A DNA stretch of 54,106 nt from an uncultured virus (IMG/VR IMGVR_UViG_3300025727_000005) (lineage: Duplodnaviria > Heunggongvirae > Uroviricota > Caudoviricetes). Under the pieces are notes generated by a model. That model saw only the letters and a program-made list of their open reading frames with translations. It did no database searches and was not told the DNA's origin. Every line of letters begins with the position of its first letter. The stretch's first letter is position 1. This document shows positions 34,118 to 44,465 of the stretch, piece after piece. The translations under genes and the position numbers were made by a program. The stretch lies in IMG/VR virus record IMGVR_UViG_3300025727_000005; one strand, given 5' to 3'.

Positions 34118-36460
34118 ATGAACATAAAACAAGCAAACGAGATGCTAAATCAGATCAAGAAATCTGGCCTTCATACCAAGACCAAAGTTGCTCAAGAACT
34201 TGTAAGAGAGCTTGAAATGTTCCTCAAATCAGCGGGCATGAAAAAGCAAGCCGATCTGAGGTTGCTGTCTAAAAGAGATGATGATCTTAAGAAGATCTTC
34301 TTCTATTGGGCAAGTGCCGCTCTCTCTGAAATGACTAGTGAGACAGAACTGCAAGGTATGACTATCCCCCCTGTTGGGTCTGATACTGGAGACATCTATG
34401 GTGCAAAGATCCTCAACCAACTTGGTGGTCGAATGAAAAGAAGGCGACAAGCGAGTGTTGCAATGTACGCAAACTTTTTGAACAATCTATATGAGGAACT
34501 TAAACCACTCCTTATCAGCGGTATCAACAAAGCCTATACTAAATTTGCTTATAATAATAAAGAATTTGAGAGACTAAACAGCGACATTCTTGAAGATCTT
34601 TGGCAGAGAGCTACGCTGTGGGCTGTGACTGGTACAAGAGATAGTGCAATAAGAGATACAGAGGTATCCCCTTGGAAAAGGATCGAGGGAAATGTCGAGG
34701 GGGGAGGATCTCTCGCTGAGAGAGTTATGAAAGCTATCCGTAAGGGTGTATTCAGTGCTATGACTTCTAAAGGACGCTACCTAAGCCTTGATGAAAGAAG
34801 ACGACTAGGACTGGCTAAGGTAGATGGGGAAAAAATCAGACAAGAATCTATCGAGGGGCAATCTTCGTCTGGTGAAGAATACAGCAAACTCGATCAGTTT
34901 TCAGCTCAAGGGTTCATTGAGAATATGGATGGAGTGGGTGATACTGAGAAGTACATAAAAAAGCATAAACTAACGGAGGAAGAATTAGAGACTCTAACAG
35001 GTCTATTGACTGATGGGACTTACGAAGATAAACCTTATCAGAGGGCACTCGTACTTGAGATACTTGTAAGGTCAGGTCATATTCTCAAGGACGATGCCTT
35101 TATAAGAACCTTAAAACTCGACTTCATGGATGGTAAGTTTGAGGGTACAGAAGCAATGGAAAAAGCGGTAGAGGTACTTGAGTTGACAGGAAACCCCATC
35201 ACTAAGGAACTTGTGGATCTTCTCCAAAGTTATGCTTCGGGTGAACTCGATGAAGATGCTTTTGAGGATCTTGAGGGTAACTTGATAGCTGACGGTTGGT
35301 TGGTTGATAACATAGAAATAGAGATAGAATCCGAAGAAGCTGTTAAGATGATCAATGAGAAAGCTGAACAAATGGCAGAAATAGCTGTTCAAGCTATTAA
35401 CTTACCAGAAGGTGAGCTTGGAGAAGCCATCGGTGACCTAGCTAAAAAAGAACTAGAAGTGAAAGAGTTAAAGAAGCTCTTAAAGCTGTTCACCGAAGAT
35501 GGTTTCCATTGGATGCTTGACGCTAATCTGTATCTTGATGACGCAGAATGGGCTAAAGCTCTGAGGGAGTCGAACCCTAAAGCTTTGAAAGCAATCCAAG
35601 AAGCCATCGAAGAACACCAAGAGCCTCTTCTACCTCTAGGGTTGAAGAATGTTCTCAATTCATCTGTCTTTGAGGACAAGCAAAAAGTGATAGCAATCAA
35701 AGAGTTTGTTGATCAGTGTATGAATAGTGGTGCTATTAAAAAAATGTTCGGTCAGTCTAGGGGGCCTCTTGGTTGGTTCATTGAGTTAGCTATCGTTTTA
35801 AACGGAAAGTCTATCACAGGGAGAAAAAATGGATCTCCTTTTACACTAAATATTGAGAAGGTAAGATTCTTTGACCTCACCCAAGACTTTTATGCTCAAC
35901 TTGCTGAATTTGTTAGAGTGGCGACTGATGGAGAGATAGACGCTCTTGTGGGTAAGCTTGATGAACTCGTTGAACCATATAGGCCAAAAGGGTTGACTTA
36001 TTCAGTATCAGATTGGTTAGAAAAGATAGTGGTGACCTGTAAAGAAAGAAAGAAATCTGGAAATCAAGCATGGAAAGAAGCTCGGACAAGTGGGATTGGG
36101 ACAATGAAAGGTTTCTATAGCGTTGTCGCTAGTGATCTTGTTCGGTATCGCTTCTATCTCGACATTGGTCTTACTGAGGGGGATAACTTACCAGAGGGTC
36201 TAGGTAATCCAGATTGTGATAATCGTGTTCTAGGTCTAATGAGACCGATCCCCACCAACGCTGTTAATGAAGTTAAGAGCGAGGGTTATGATCTTATGTT
36301 AAGGTCTTGGCAAGCTGAAGTAACACAGGCCACTCAAAGGCGAGTTGATTTGAGGATTACTGAAAAAGCTAAACTTAACCAACAAGTAAAAAAGGTATTC
36401 AAAGAGTTCGGTATCGAAGAGGGTACAGAGCTATATGAGGCATTTGTTAATCTCGGTTAA
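34118..36460 (+). CDS. Large helical protein with leader-like N-terminus (KVAQELVRELE...MKKQA); possible sigma-like segment
   Basis: Long ORF (track start GTG 34109); KQA/RQA motifs near N-terminus; acidic centre. Confidence 0.75.
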   Translation: MNIKQANEMLNQIKKSGLHTKTKVAQELVRELEMFLKSAGMKKQADLRLLSKRDDDLKKIFFYWASAALSEMTSETELQGMTIPPVGSDTGDIYGAKILNQLGGRMKRRRQASVAMYANFLNNLYEELKPLLISGINKAYTKFAYNNKEFERLNSDILEDLWQRATLWAVTGTRDSAIRDTEVSPWKRIEGNVEGGGSLAERVMKAIRKGVFSAMTSKGRYLSLDERRRLGLAKVDGEKIRQESIEGQSSSGEEYSKLDQFSAQGFIENMDGVGDTEKYIKKHKLTEEELETLTGLLTDGTYEDKPYQRALVLEILVRSGHILKDDAFIRTLKLDFMDGKFEGTEAMEKAVEVLELTGNPITKELVDLLQSYASGELDEDAFEDLEGNLIADGWLVDNIEIEIESEEAVKMINEKAEQMAEIAVQAINLPEGELGEAIGDLAKKELEVKELKKLLKLFTEDGFHWMLDANLYLDDAEWAKALRESNPKALKAIQEAIEEHQEPLLPLGLKNVLNSSVFEDKQKVIAIKEFVDQCMNSGAIKKMFGQSRGPLGWFIELAIVLNGKSITGRKNGSPFTLNIEKVRFFDLTQDFYAQLAEFVRVATDGEIDALVGKLDELVEPYRPKGLTYSVSDWLEKIVVTCKERKKSGNQAWKEARTSGIGTMKGFYSVVASDLVRYRFYLDIGLTEGDNLPEGLGNPDCDNRVLGLMRPIPTNAVNEVKSEGYDLMLRSWQAEVTQATQRRVDLRITEKAKLNQQVKKVFKEFGIEEGTELYEAFVNLG

Positions 36461-36461
36461 T

Positions 36462-36477
36462 CTGTAGTTTATTTATC
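36462..36477 (+). promoter_or_regulatory. Class-L box variant CTGTAGTTTATTTATC ahead of baseplate operon
   Basis: TAGTTTATTTAT core identical to cassette heads. Confidence 0.65.
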
Positions 36478-36521
36478 ATCGGTAGTTTAGTATCAAACCC
36501 CACTAGACTACTGGTGATAAC

Positions 36522-37562
36522 ATGAGCGAAGACCTACAGATTTCTTATGCCTGTCCTCATTATCTTCGATATGAGAGGGTAGGACTACAAAACAGTATCT
36601 ACATTATACCCGCATCACCAATCAATGGTGAGGGTCTTGTAGTGATTAGACGAGATGGTGTCGTCCTTGAACCTCAAGGTAATTACCGAGAAGCGACTAT
36701 CACCACTCCTAATGTGTCTCCTTTTAGGGTGAGAAGTACCTCCAATGTGCTTACAATAACCACTACAGAGGGGTACTCAAACACAATCACCTTACCCTCG
36801 AAGATATACAAATCAAAGACCTTGATCTCCGAAATACAAAGCCAAATCGGAGCGATCATTGTTGAAGAGACTACATCAAAAGCGTTGAGGTTTTCTGATC
36901 GAAAATTAGGTATTGGGTTTACCCTCACAGGAAGCCTATTAAAAGCACTTGGTTTCAAGAAGCAAAAGCAAGTTATTAAAACGAAAAAGTCTACTCCTGC
37001 TTGGGGGTTAGTTTCACGACTCAACGGACATGATATACAGTTCAAGAGCAGATTAGAACCTGAAGGTTTACTAGAAATATCTTACACTACCGAAAAGCGA
37101 TACTGTAGAAGATGTGGTGGCACAGGGGTTGAAAACGACTTTAGATTCGGTACTGATGGAGACATTCAAAAGATACAAGACACTGATCTACTCTATCAGA
37201 ACATAGCCAAGACTCTTTTGACTGAGATCGGGTCGAACCCTTACCACGCTTGGTATGGATCAAACGCTAACCGACTCATAGGTAAAAAGAATAATGCTTC
37301 GGTTGGGGTCGCTTTAAGGATGAGTGTACAACAGGCACTAGATAAGTTGCAGAAAATCCAACAAGATCTCAAGAGGGTACAATACCTTAGCCAAGAAGAA
37401 AGATTAATGAGCGTTCAGTCTGTGGAAGTTTCTACACTCAATAACAATGCGACTGCATTATTGTGTAATGTGGTTGTTCGTAGTGGAGCAAATCGTCAAG
37501 TGAGCGTAAATATAGTCTTTGAAGTACCTGGTAGCATTTCATTAGATGGGAGTTTGACATGA
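36522..37562 (+). CDS. Baseplate protein with C-terminal gp25/GPW-like domain
   Basis: LYQNIAKTLLTEIGSNPYHAWYGS matches the gp25-like pattern; directly upstream of baseplate J; CPH...CRRC motif. Confidence 0.75.
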   Translation: MSEDLQISYACPHYLRYERVGLQNSIYIIPASPINGEGLVVIRRDGVVLEPQGNYREATITTPNVSPFRVRSTSNVLTITTTEGYSNTITLPSKIYKSKTLISEIQSQIGAIIVEETTSKALRFSDRKLGIGFTLTGSLLKALGFKKQKQVIKTKKSTPAWGLVSRLNGHDIQFKSRLEPEGLLEISYTTEKRYCRRCGGTGVENDFRFGTDGDIQKIQDTDLLYQNIAKTLLTEIGSNPYHAWYGSNANRLIGKKNNASVGVALRMSVQQALDKLQKIQQDLKRVQYLSQEERLMSVQSVEVSTLNNNATALLCNVVVRSGANRQVSVNIVFEVPGSISLDGSLT

Positions 37563-40500
37563 GCTATAGCTTAAAAATTGTAAAGCCAGATGGAGTTAGT
37601 TCCACTGTTTCAACAAGTTATTCTACAGATAAAGAAGAAGTATTCATTCATGGTCTTGTTGAGGGGTACGATCAAATCACAGTGTCATTCTTAGATGAAG
37701 TATTCACCTCCGTAGGACAAGAAGCAGACATCACAATTAGTAATGGGACTTGGGTATTCCCGAATCCAGACACGACACAAGAGGGGATAGACTTAAATCA
37801 AGGGGCTAACAGCTTCTTTATCACAGCAACAGATGGGTCAAACACTACCTCTTTAACACTCATCGTCATCTCTAGTCTTGACTCAAATACTGCTAAACCT
37901 CAGCCCCCTCTCAATATAAAATCCGAGAGAGCGGATGATAATGTAGTTCTTAGTTGGTTACATTCAGACTCTGAGATTATCTCTTATAATGTGTACGCTT
38001 CTACTGTAAGTGGAGGGGGTGATGGTTATCGACAGATCAACAAGATACCTATTGACCCGATTTCTTATGGGTTTAAGTCTGAGAAGGTTACCTCTGTAGT
38101 AGATTTCTCTAGTGATCTTAAAACAATCGAAGAAGACCCAAATGTCCTTACGATAAAAGCCTTACAGAACACCACATCAAGTGATATAGGTACACAAGAA
38201 ATTGCTGAGAGCATCAGTCGATTAAGAGTGTCAACAAATGTGTCTGCAATCGAGTTAGAAACAAAGGTGTCTTTCAAACATAATCGTAGTATACCAGACC
38301 AAGCGAATACAATAGATATAGGCGATTTTTCTTCTCTCAATGCAAACACACCTCTTTACTATGTCATTACAGCAGTCAAGGTCGTGGATAACCAATCGGT
38401 TGAGTCCACTTTTAGTGTTGAAGTTGGATCCGCACCGATTGACTTACAGATTGTCAATACAATCCTACCCAATGTGACTGATGCACAGATTACAGAGAGT
38501 ATGATCTCAGCTATTTATGATGCAGACTCCACAGCGAGTGTCCATGCTGGGTCTGCGATAAGAGACTTGTTTATAGACCCAGTAGTGTCAGAGATCTCTC
38601 GCATGAGAGTCCTCTTAGATTTCTGCTACAAAGCTACCAACTTTGTGTCTCTTAACGACATTGATGACCCAACAGGATTGGGTGAGTCCATCTTCGTATC
38701 TAACTCAAGTTATAAACAGCTCTTAAAAGAGGCTTACTTCCTTGATACCGACACACAGGTACAAAACCTTATCGACATCTGTTTTGATCGCCTAGCGTCT
38801 AATCTAGGCATTGTTAGGTTATCAGGTCAGGTGGCTAGAGGTGAAGCAACTTTCTTCTCAAGAAGTCTGCCTACTTTTGATCTGATCGTACCTATAGGAC
38901 AGATCCTCTCTAGTGGTGGTGTGAGATTTAGAACTCTTCAAGGGGGGACAATCACAGTTTCTGAAGCACCTAGCTTTTACAACCCAATCACACGCGGATA
39001 TGAGATCACCTTACCAATCCAAGCTGACACAGCAGGTCTTAGTGGGAATGTTACATCGGGTCAAATCACAACTGGTGCTCCTTTAGGGTTAAGTGTAATC
39101 AATAACTCATCTACATTTGGAGGTTCTACTAGAGAGACAAACCAAGAAATGATGACACGAGCAATGACTTACATATCTTCTGTAGATGTAGGCACAAGAG
39201 CTGGTTATGAGCGAGTGGCTAGAGAGTCAGCAGGTGTTTTAGGCTATGAGGTTATAGATGCTGACAACCCATATATGCTTCGAGATAACGATCAAGGGGG
39301 GAAGGTAGACATTTGGATTAGAGGTGAACTGTTGAGCCGAGTAACTGATGTATATGCTCCGTCCTATAGGTCAAGAAAAGACTCAAGGTTCATCCCTATA
39401 CAATCGGAGGGTGCATATAGGTTTCAAGCCTCAGATGCCACCTCAGAGAACCCTCTCTTTCAAATGATTGATCGAACTAATACCTTTGGACTTAAAAACC
39501 AAACCAATGGTGAGTTCTTCGACCTTACAGGAGCAACTATTTCTGAAGGTAAGATCCTTCGACTCAATACAGACATATCCCAACCCACATATCGCATGAC
39601 CGACATTATCTTGGGAGACTATAGAACTGATGTTACTAATAAAGTCGTGCTTGATCGACAACCTGTTCGACAAGTCATTTCTGTCCGTAAAGCAGATGGT
39701 ACTGATCTGACTTTCACCTTCTATAAAACCGAAGATCCTCTTGTGCAAGGACAGTCCTCAAAATCTCAAGACTATATCATCCTTGATAACGATGGATTAG
39801 AGAAGATCATCTCAATCACAGCCGAGCAACAAACCCTTAATGAACTCTACACTGAAACGCTATCAAATCGTGGGGTAGACATCACTACCATTGTAGTCAA
39901 AGACTCAAATGGTAATACTTTTGCAAGCCCATTGACCTCTGCAACGCCAGATTATGTTATCGAAGTTAATGGTGATCTGACAACGATTAAGAGGACTACT
40001 TCAAGTACAATCACATCGAGTCAAACAGTCCTTGTCGATTATGAATACCTAGAAAACATTACAGTAACCTATCAGACAAACCTAGTTGTATCTAACCTAC
40101 AACTAGAAGTTGATGAACAAAAACACATGGGTGCAGATGTTCTTATAAAAGAAGTTTCTCCTGTTCGAGTTAATGTAAAAGGTCTTGTCTACTTAGAACA
40201 AGGGACATCAGCTACTAGTGTTGACTCAATAATCAAAGCCTCTTTATTCAATCGCATAACGGAAACAACTCTTGGTGGGAGTCTTTACCCATCCGATTTC
40301 ATTCGGGAGATTGACTCTGTACGAGGTGTTTCTTATGTCTCTGTTCCTTTGACAGAGCTTTCACTGACTGAAGGAGATCAGATCCTTCGTGAAAAAGTGA
40401 ACCCAACAGTGCCTGTGGAAGTCACAGAGTTTACAAGCTCTAGTCATAAAGTATGGCTCATGGATGTTCAACTAGATCATGTACCTCAACAAAGTGGGGG

Positions 40501-40834
40501 GTCAAATGCTAGGGTGTTTTTAAATCGAAAAGAAATCGAAACGCTCAAGGTCGGACAAAGAGAAACAGCCTCAAACTGGATCGGTGAGAAAGGGAGCATC
40601 GTAGGTTTAGAGAAAGCCTCTGTTAACTCTAACGGAGTTCTCACAGAGATACCAAACTCCACTCGAAAACTTATGATCTCATTACCTTTGGGGGAAACTC
40701 CTTTAGGGTATGAGATTGAGGTCAACTACACTTGTGGTAATGGGACTGGAGTAGTAGGTGAGATCAGATTAAATAACTTTAGCTACTTTCAAGTGGGAGA
40801 TCTCAGCTTCACTTATGAAGAGGAGAGAAGATAA
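37559..40834 (+). CDS. Baseplate J/gp6-like wedge protein with N-terminal Ig/FN3-like extension
   Basis: GSAIRDL, FDRLASNLGIVR..A.G..TF, GGSTRETNQE...GTRAGY, GKVDIWI; FN3-like PPLNI..V.LSW..SYNVY..YYVITAV. Confidence 0.88.
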   Translation: MSYSLKIVKPDGVSSTVSTSYSTDKEEVFIHGLVEGYDQITVSFLDEVFTSVGQEADITISNGTWVFPNPDTTQEGIDLNQGANSFFITATDGSNTTSLTLIVISSLDSNTAKPQPPLNIKSERADDNVVLSWLHSDSEIISYNVYASTVSGGGDGYRQINKIPIDPISYGFKSEKVTSVVDFSSDLKTIEEDPNVLTIKALQNTTSSDIGTQEIAESISRLRVSTNVSAIELETKVSFKHNRSIPDQANTIDIGDFSSLNANTPLYYVITAVKVVDNQSVESTFSVEVGSAPIDLQIVNTILPNVTDAQITESMISAIYDADSTASVHAGSAIRDLFIDPVVSEISRMRVLLDFCYKATNFVSLNDIDDPTGLGESIFVSNSSYKQLLKEAYFLDTDTQVQNLIDICFDRLASNLGIVRLSGQVARGEATFFSRSLPTFDLIVPIGQILSSGGVRFRTLQGGTITVSEAPSFYNPITRGYEITLPIQADTAGLSGNVTSGQITTGAPLGLSVINNSSTFGGSTRETNQEMMTRAMTYISSVDVGTRAGYERVARESAGVLGYEVIDADNPYMLRDNDQGGKVDIWIRGELLSRVTDVYAPSYRSRKDSRFIPIQSEGAYRFQASDATSENPLFQMIDRTNTFGLKNQTNGEFFDLTGATISEGKILRLNTDISQPTYRMTDIILGDYRTDVTNKVVLDRQPVRQVISVRKADGTDLTFTFYKTEDPLVQGQSSKSQDYIILDNDGLEKIISITAEQQTLNELYTETLSNRGVDITTIVVKDSNGNTFASPLTSATPDYVIEVNGDLTTIKRTTSSTITSSQTVLVDYEYLENITVTYQTNLVVSNLQLEVDEQKHMGADVLIKEVSPVRVNVKGLVYLEQGTSATSVDSIIKASLFNRITETTLGGSLYPSDFIREIDSVRGVSYVSVPLTELSLTEGDQILREKVNPTVPVEVTEFTSSSHKVWLMDVQLDHVPQQSGGSNARVFLNRKEIETLKVGQRETASNWIGEKGSIVGLEKASVNSNGVLTEIPNSTRKLMISLPLGETPLGYEIEVNYTCGNGTGVVGEIRLNNFSYFQVGDLSFTYEEERR

Positions 40835-43800
40835 TGGTATATGATTTCGACCCACGCACAAATAGAGAAAACTTAAACTCAAAGTCCTACCCTAGACGAC
40901 TCCTAGAGGACATAATTACCAACAAAATCGTAGACTCCATGTCCTTCGGGACTGCCTCAAACTACCTCACTCGTAGCTATGGCCCGAACCATAGGGTTAT
41001 CTACGAGGGTGTAGGCCGACTCCTTGCAGGATTATTAGTAGACACCTTAGATAACCTAGAAGATGTTGAATACTCCCAACTAAGAGCTGAGTTTATTGCT
41101 ACTCGCCTCATGTACCTTGTGTTCCCCGATGAGGACTCTGTACCTGTCGGGGATACACATGAAGAGACTATCTCTTTTCTCCTACAAACCTATGAAGCTC
41201 TATTAAAAGGGGCGACTAAAAAATCTGTCGATGAAGTGTTGAATGACATCGCTGAAGGAAATGCCGTTGTACTTAGCAACATCGAGGGATATATCGCTAA
41301 CATCAAGTCCTCTATCCTCGCTACAACAGAATACAACACAGATGGGGTGTTTTCCAAACACAGACACTTTGCCTTCACTGATGAATCTGGACTAGGTTCT
41401 ACCAACAAGCCGATTGAATATAAATGGGGAGATGAACTTCATACACACGACATTATTGACGGAGTTATTCAGCCACACATAGATGCTGACGGAAACTCTC
41501 ACTCCCATGAGGTTTATCTTGGGATACCAGAAAACATCATAAGATTACAAACGAACTTACGCAAGGTTTTAAGGGTAACCAAACCCGCACATATTAAAAC
41601 AGGTGAGGTTTCCTCAGTCATTGATGAGGACATACCTATTCTCTCTAAAGGGAAAGGAGATGTGTTTAGCCCTATTCTCGGAATCGACCCTGCTCAAACA
41701 GATGCTCTGATAATCGAGGGCAACAAGATTGACGCAACACTACCATATTACAACCAAAACGCACAGTATGGGCTTGTTGGAGTCTCGCTAGGGTCTTTCT
41801 TCCAAGAAGAGATGAGGAAGGCTAGGGAGGGTGTTTACGAAGAATATTTCTACGGGTATGCGTCTGGTAATACCATTCGTGTATGGAGGACTAATGTCCA
41901 AGTAGCAGACAACCTCGTCCTCAGTGATGATGACTCCAACACAGCAGATCAAAAGTTTAGGGTCATAGAGGTCGAAAGTGGTATTAAACCAGTAGATGGC
42001 ATCTATCAGAAAATGACTGGTAGTGATGGAGTAGAATACACAACTAAAACAATACGGGATTTGAATCGTGGTGCGAGTTCTTCACTGAAACCCATAAATG
42101 TCGCTGATGTAGAGATCATTAATGGGAGTATGTACCCAATAGAGGAAAACGGTATAAGAGAGGGTCGGGCAGGTGATACACAATCCTTAAATGATGGTGA
42201 GCCTATCTTCCTAAAAGATAAAGTGTACTTCTGTGAGTTAAAATCTGACTTGGGTCAATACCTTTTGAGTTTTGATTCTGTTCGTGAACCTATGATGTCT
42301 GGTCATAGGGTAGGTCTTGTAGCGACTGTCATCACTGTAGATTCTAGGATACAACAAGAAGGGTTGATCAAGTTCAAAAACAACTCATCTCCTTGGAATG
42401 TTAGAGATGAATTAAAGTACGAGACAGTTACCTTCACTAACACTTTTGATGTGGCTAGATGGGGTGTAAACTACAACTACGCTATAAACCTACCCAACTT
42501 TATCGTGAAAGATATGCTCAAATCTATAGGCACACTGCCTGTGTCTATGAATGACATCACCATAAAAATAGACAAAGGAGCAGGGTTCGTAGATCCCGAT
42601 TACTCTTATTCTAACCTATTCTTAGAATCTATCAACTGGTATACATACTCAGATAAAGATGGGATCATGCGTATAAGTGATCGGACTTATACCACTGTGG
42701 GGGCTAATAACTATAATAACCCACTTATAAGTTCGGGACATAAAGTTTCAATCACATATCCCAAATCCAAATCGGAAATCAGACGCTTCAGAGAACTTAA
42801 TAGTCTTGAGATGACCCTCAATGCCACAAGACCAGCTCGTAAAGTCTCCGACTCTGGTAGAGGGTTATTAGGTCAAAACAGAGTCATTGGGACAACATCA
42901 CCAATCTCTTATGTACTTAATGAACCACAACCTGTCACCCCTTTCACACAAGAACAAAAGACTGCTACCTACTCTGCGGGTAGTTCCGACCTGCTCAATA
43001 CAAAAAATCAAAATCTATATGCAAACACAATCACAGACCCTTTAGTCTTTAATAGCACATACACCCTCAATAACTTCTCACTCAATCAAACAGCAACTCA
43101 AGATCAAGTCTTTAAGCCGTCTACGAAAACCATCACTACATCAAACCCTAAGATTTCTTTTTATCTCCTGGGATTTAGACCCTCGTACATCACCTCCGTG
43201 GTCGATAGTAGTGCTGTGTCTTATGCCTATACACTCAATCAAGATCATGTCTTAGTCAGTGGATTAACAAGTGAAAAAACACTGACCATTACTGGTATCT
43301 CTTCTAACCCATTCTCCTCTGATCTTGATTGGTACAAAGGAGAAAAGTTAGCAGAAGGTCAAGCGTTCTACAAACACACCTCCACTAATGAATTAGATGT
43401 CTTCTCGGAGTCTACTCCTGAAGAATACATGACGAACCCTCTAGGTCTTGCATACGACAAAAACGGTGTTGTATCCGATCAAATACGCTCTGTATACTCT
43501 ATGGAAGACACTAAAACATCGGGTATAGAGGGTGAACTAGACTTTTATGAGGACAAGGTTACAGGGTATGAGTTTAAGCAAGATGAAGACGGAAGGGATG
43601 GGTTTGCTAGTGAATATAATACGCAATGCACACAAGATGAAGTTCTTTACCCAGATCCGACTCTATATGTGTTAGGCCCAATATCCACATTAACAGGGGG
43701 TGTGCCTGTAAACACGATCCCCACATATCTCTTCTTTGGGTACTTTATGCTTATTGACCAAGATGGCAACAATGATATTGTATACTACCTCTCCATATAT

Positions 43801-44412
43801 CGAATAGATGCTAATGGGGATAAGCAATATCAAACACTAACACCAATACAAGACCCAAATGGAGATGACGCTTTACAGGTGTCGGGAACACTACCAGAAT
43901 CTAATGGCTCTCCACTTGCATATAGATTCTTAGGGAATAATGGGTTTGGAAGTCTTGAATACAACCAAATGAGTTCTACTGCTTACGCTAATATCTCATT
44001 TAATCACATACCTAATGAGACCTATTATATGGAAGTCTTCTTTGAACGATCACCAGCAGGAGGGGCTTCTTTTCTTGGTTTTACAGCCAGAGGTTCAAAC
44101 TCAGATGTAAACCTCTCTGATACTTGGTTTAACTTAAATCAAGACGCAAATCAGAATGAAGTTGAGTTCTTAGGTCAAGGTGGCACAGATGTTTCGGAAA
44201 CATACGAAGTCACATTCACTAATAATCCTGGTGGGGGTGAGATAGATACGATCAGTAATATCGCTGACCCAGACGCAGGGGCAACAAAAGACACCGAAAA
44301 TGTAGGGGTGACTCACACCACCACTACTACTACTTATTCCGCTACGGACTACTATCCTATCAGACCCTTAGAATATGACTACGGGTATAAAAGACTATTC
44401 ACTGAGAGTTAA
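40834..44412 (+). CDS. Large baseplate wedge subunit (gp7/P2-I-like position)
   Basis: Follows baseplate J; LLKGAT and LRVTKPAHIK motifs typical of this subunit. Confidence 0.65.
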   Translation: MVYDFDPRTNRENLNSKSYPRRLLEDIITNKIVDSMSFGTASNYLTRSYGPNHRVIYEGVGRLLAGLLVDTLDNLEDVEYSQLRAEFIATRLMYLVFPDEDSVPVGDTHEETISFLLQTYEALLKGATKKSVDEVLNDIAEGNAVVLSNIEGYIANIKSSILATTEYNTDGVFSKHRHFAFTDESGLGSTNKPIEYKWGDELHTHDIIDGVIQPHIDADGNSHSHEVYLGIPENIIRLQTNLRKVLRVTKPAHIKTGEVSSVIDEDIPILSKGKGDVFSPILGIDPAQTDALIIEGNKIDATLPYYNQNAQYGLVGVSLGSFFQEEMRKAREGVYEEYFYGYASGNTIRVWRTNVQVADNLVLSDDDSNTADQKFRVIEVESGIKPVDGIYQKMTGSDGVEYTTKTIRDLNRGASSSLKPINVADVEIINGSMYPIEENGIREGRAGDTQSLNDGEPIFLKDKVYFCELKSDLGQYLLSFDSVREPMMSGHRVGLVATVITVDSRIQQEGLIKFKNNSSPWNVRDELKYETVTFTNTFDVARWGVNYNYAINLPNFIVKDMLKSIGTLPVSMNDITIKIDKGAGFVDPDYSYSNLFLESINWYTYSDKDGIMRISDRTYTTVGANNYNNPLISSGHKVSITYPKSKSEIRRFRELNSLEMTLNATRPARKVSDSGRGLLGQNRVIGTTSPISYVLNEPQPVTPFTQEQKTATYSAGSSDLLNTKNQNLYANTITDPLVFNSTYTLNNFSLNQTATQDQVFKPSTKTITTSNPKISFYLLGFRPSYITSVVDSSAVSYAYTLNQDHVLVSGLTSEKTLTITGISSNPFSSDLDWYKGEKLAEGQAFYKHTSTNELDVFSESTPEEYMTNPLGLAYDKNGVVSDQIRSVYSMEDTKTSGIEGELDFYEDKVTGYEFKQDEDGRDGFASEYNTQCTQDEVLYPDPTLYVLGPISTLTGGVPVNTIPTYLFFGYFMLIDQDGNNDIVYYLSIYRIDANGDKQYQTLTPIQDPNGDDALQVSGTLPESNGSPLAYRFLGNNGFGSLEYNQMSSTAYANISFNHIPNETYYMEVFFERSPAGGASFLGFTARGSNSDVNLSDTWFNLNQDANQNEVEFLGQGGTDVSETYEVTFTNNPGGGEIDTISNIADPDAGATKDTENVGVTHTTTTTTYSATDYYPIRPLEYDYGYKRLFTES

Positions 44413-44425
44413 TAACTCTTTTATA
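44410..44425 (+). promoter_or_regulatory. Class-L box variant TAATAACTCTTTTATA
   Basis: Overlaps the stop codon of the wedge gene; upstream of 44466. Confidence 0.45.
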
Positions 44426-44465
44426 CATTGGTAATATGTAAACAAGACCCCCCACAATTTTTAGA

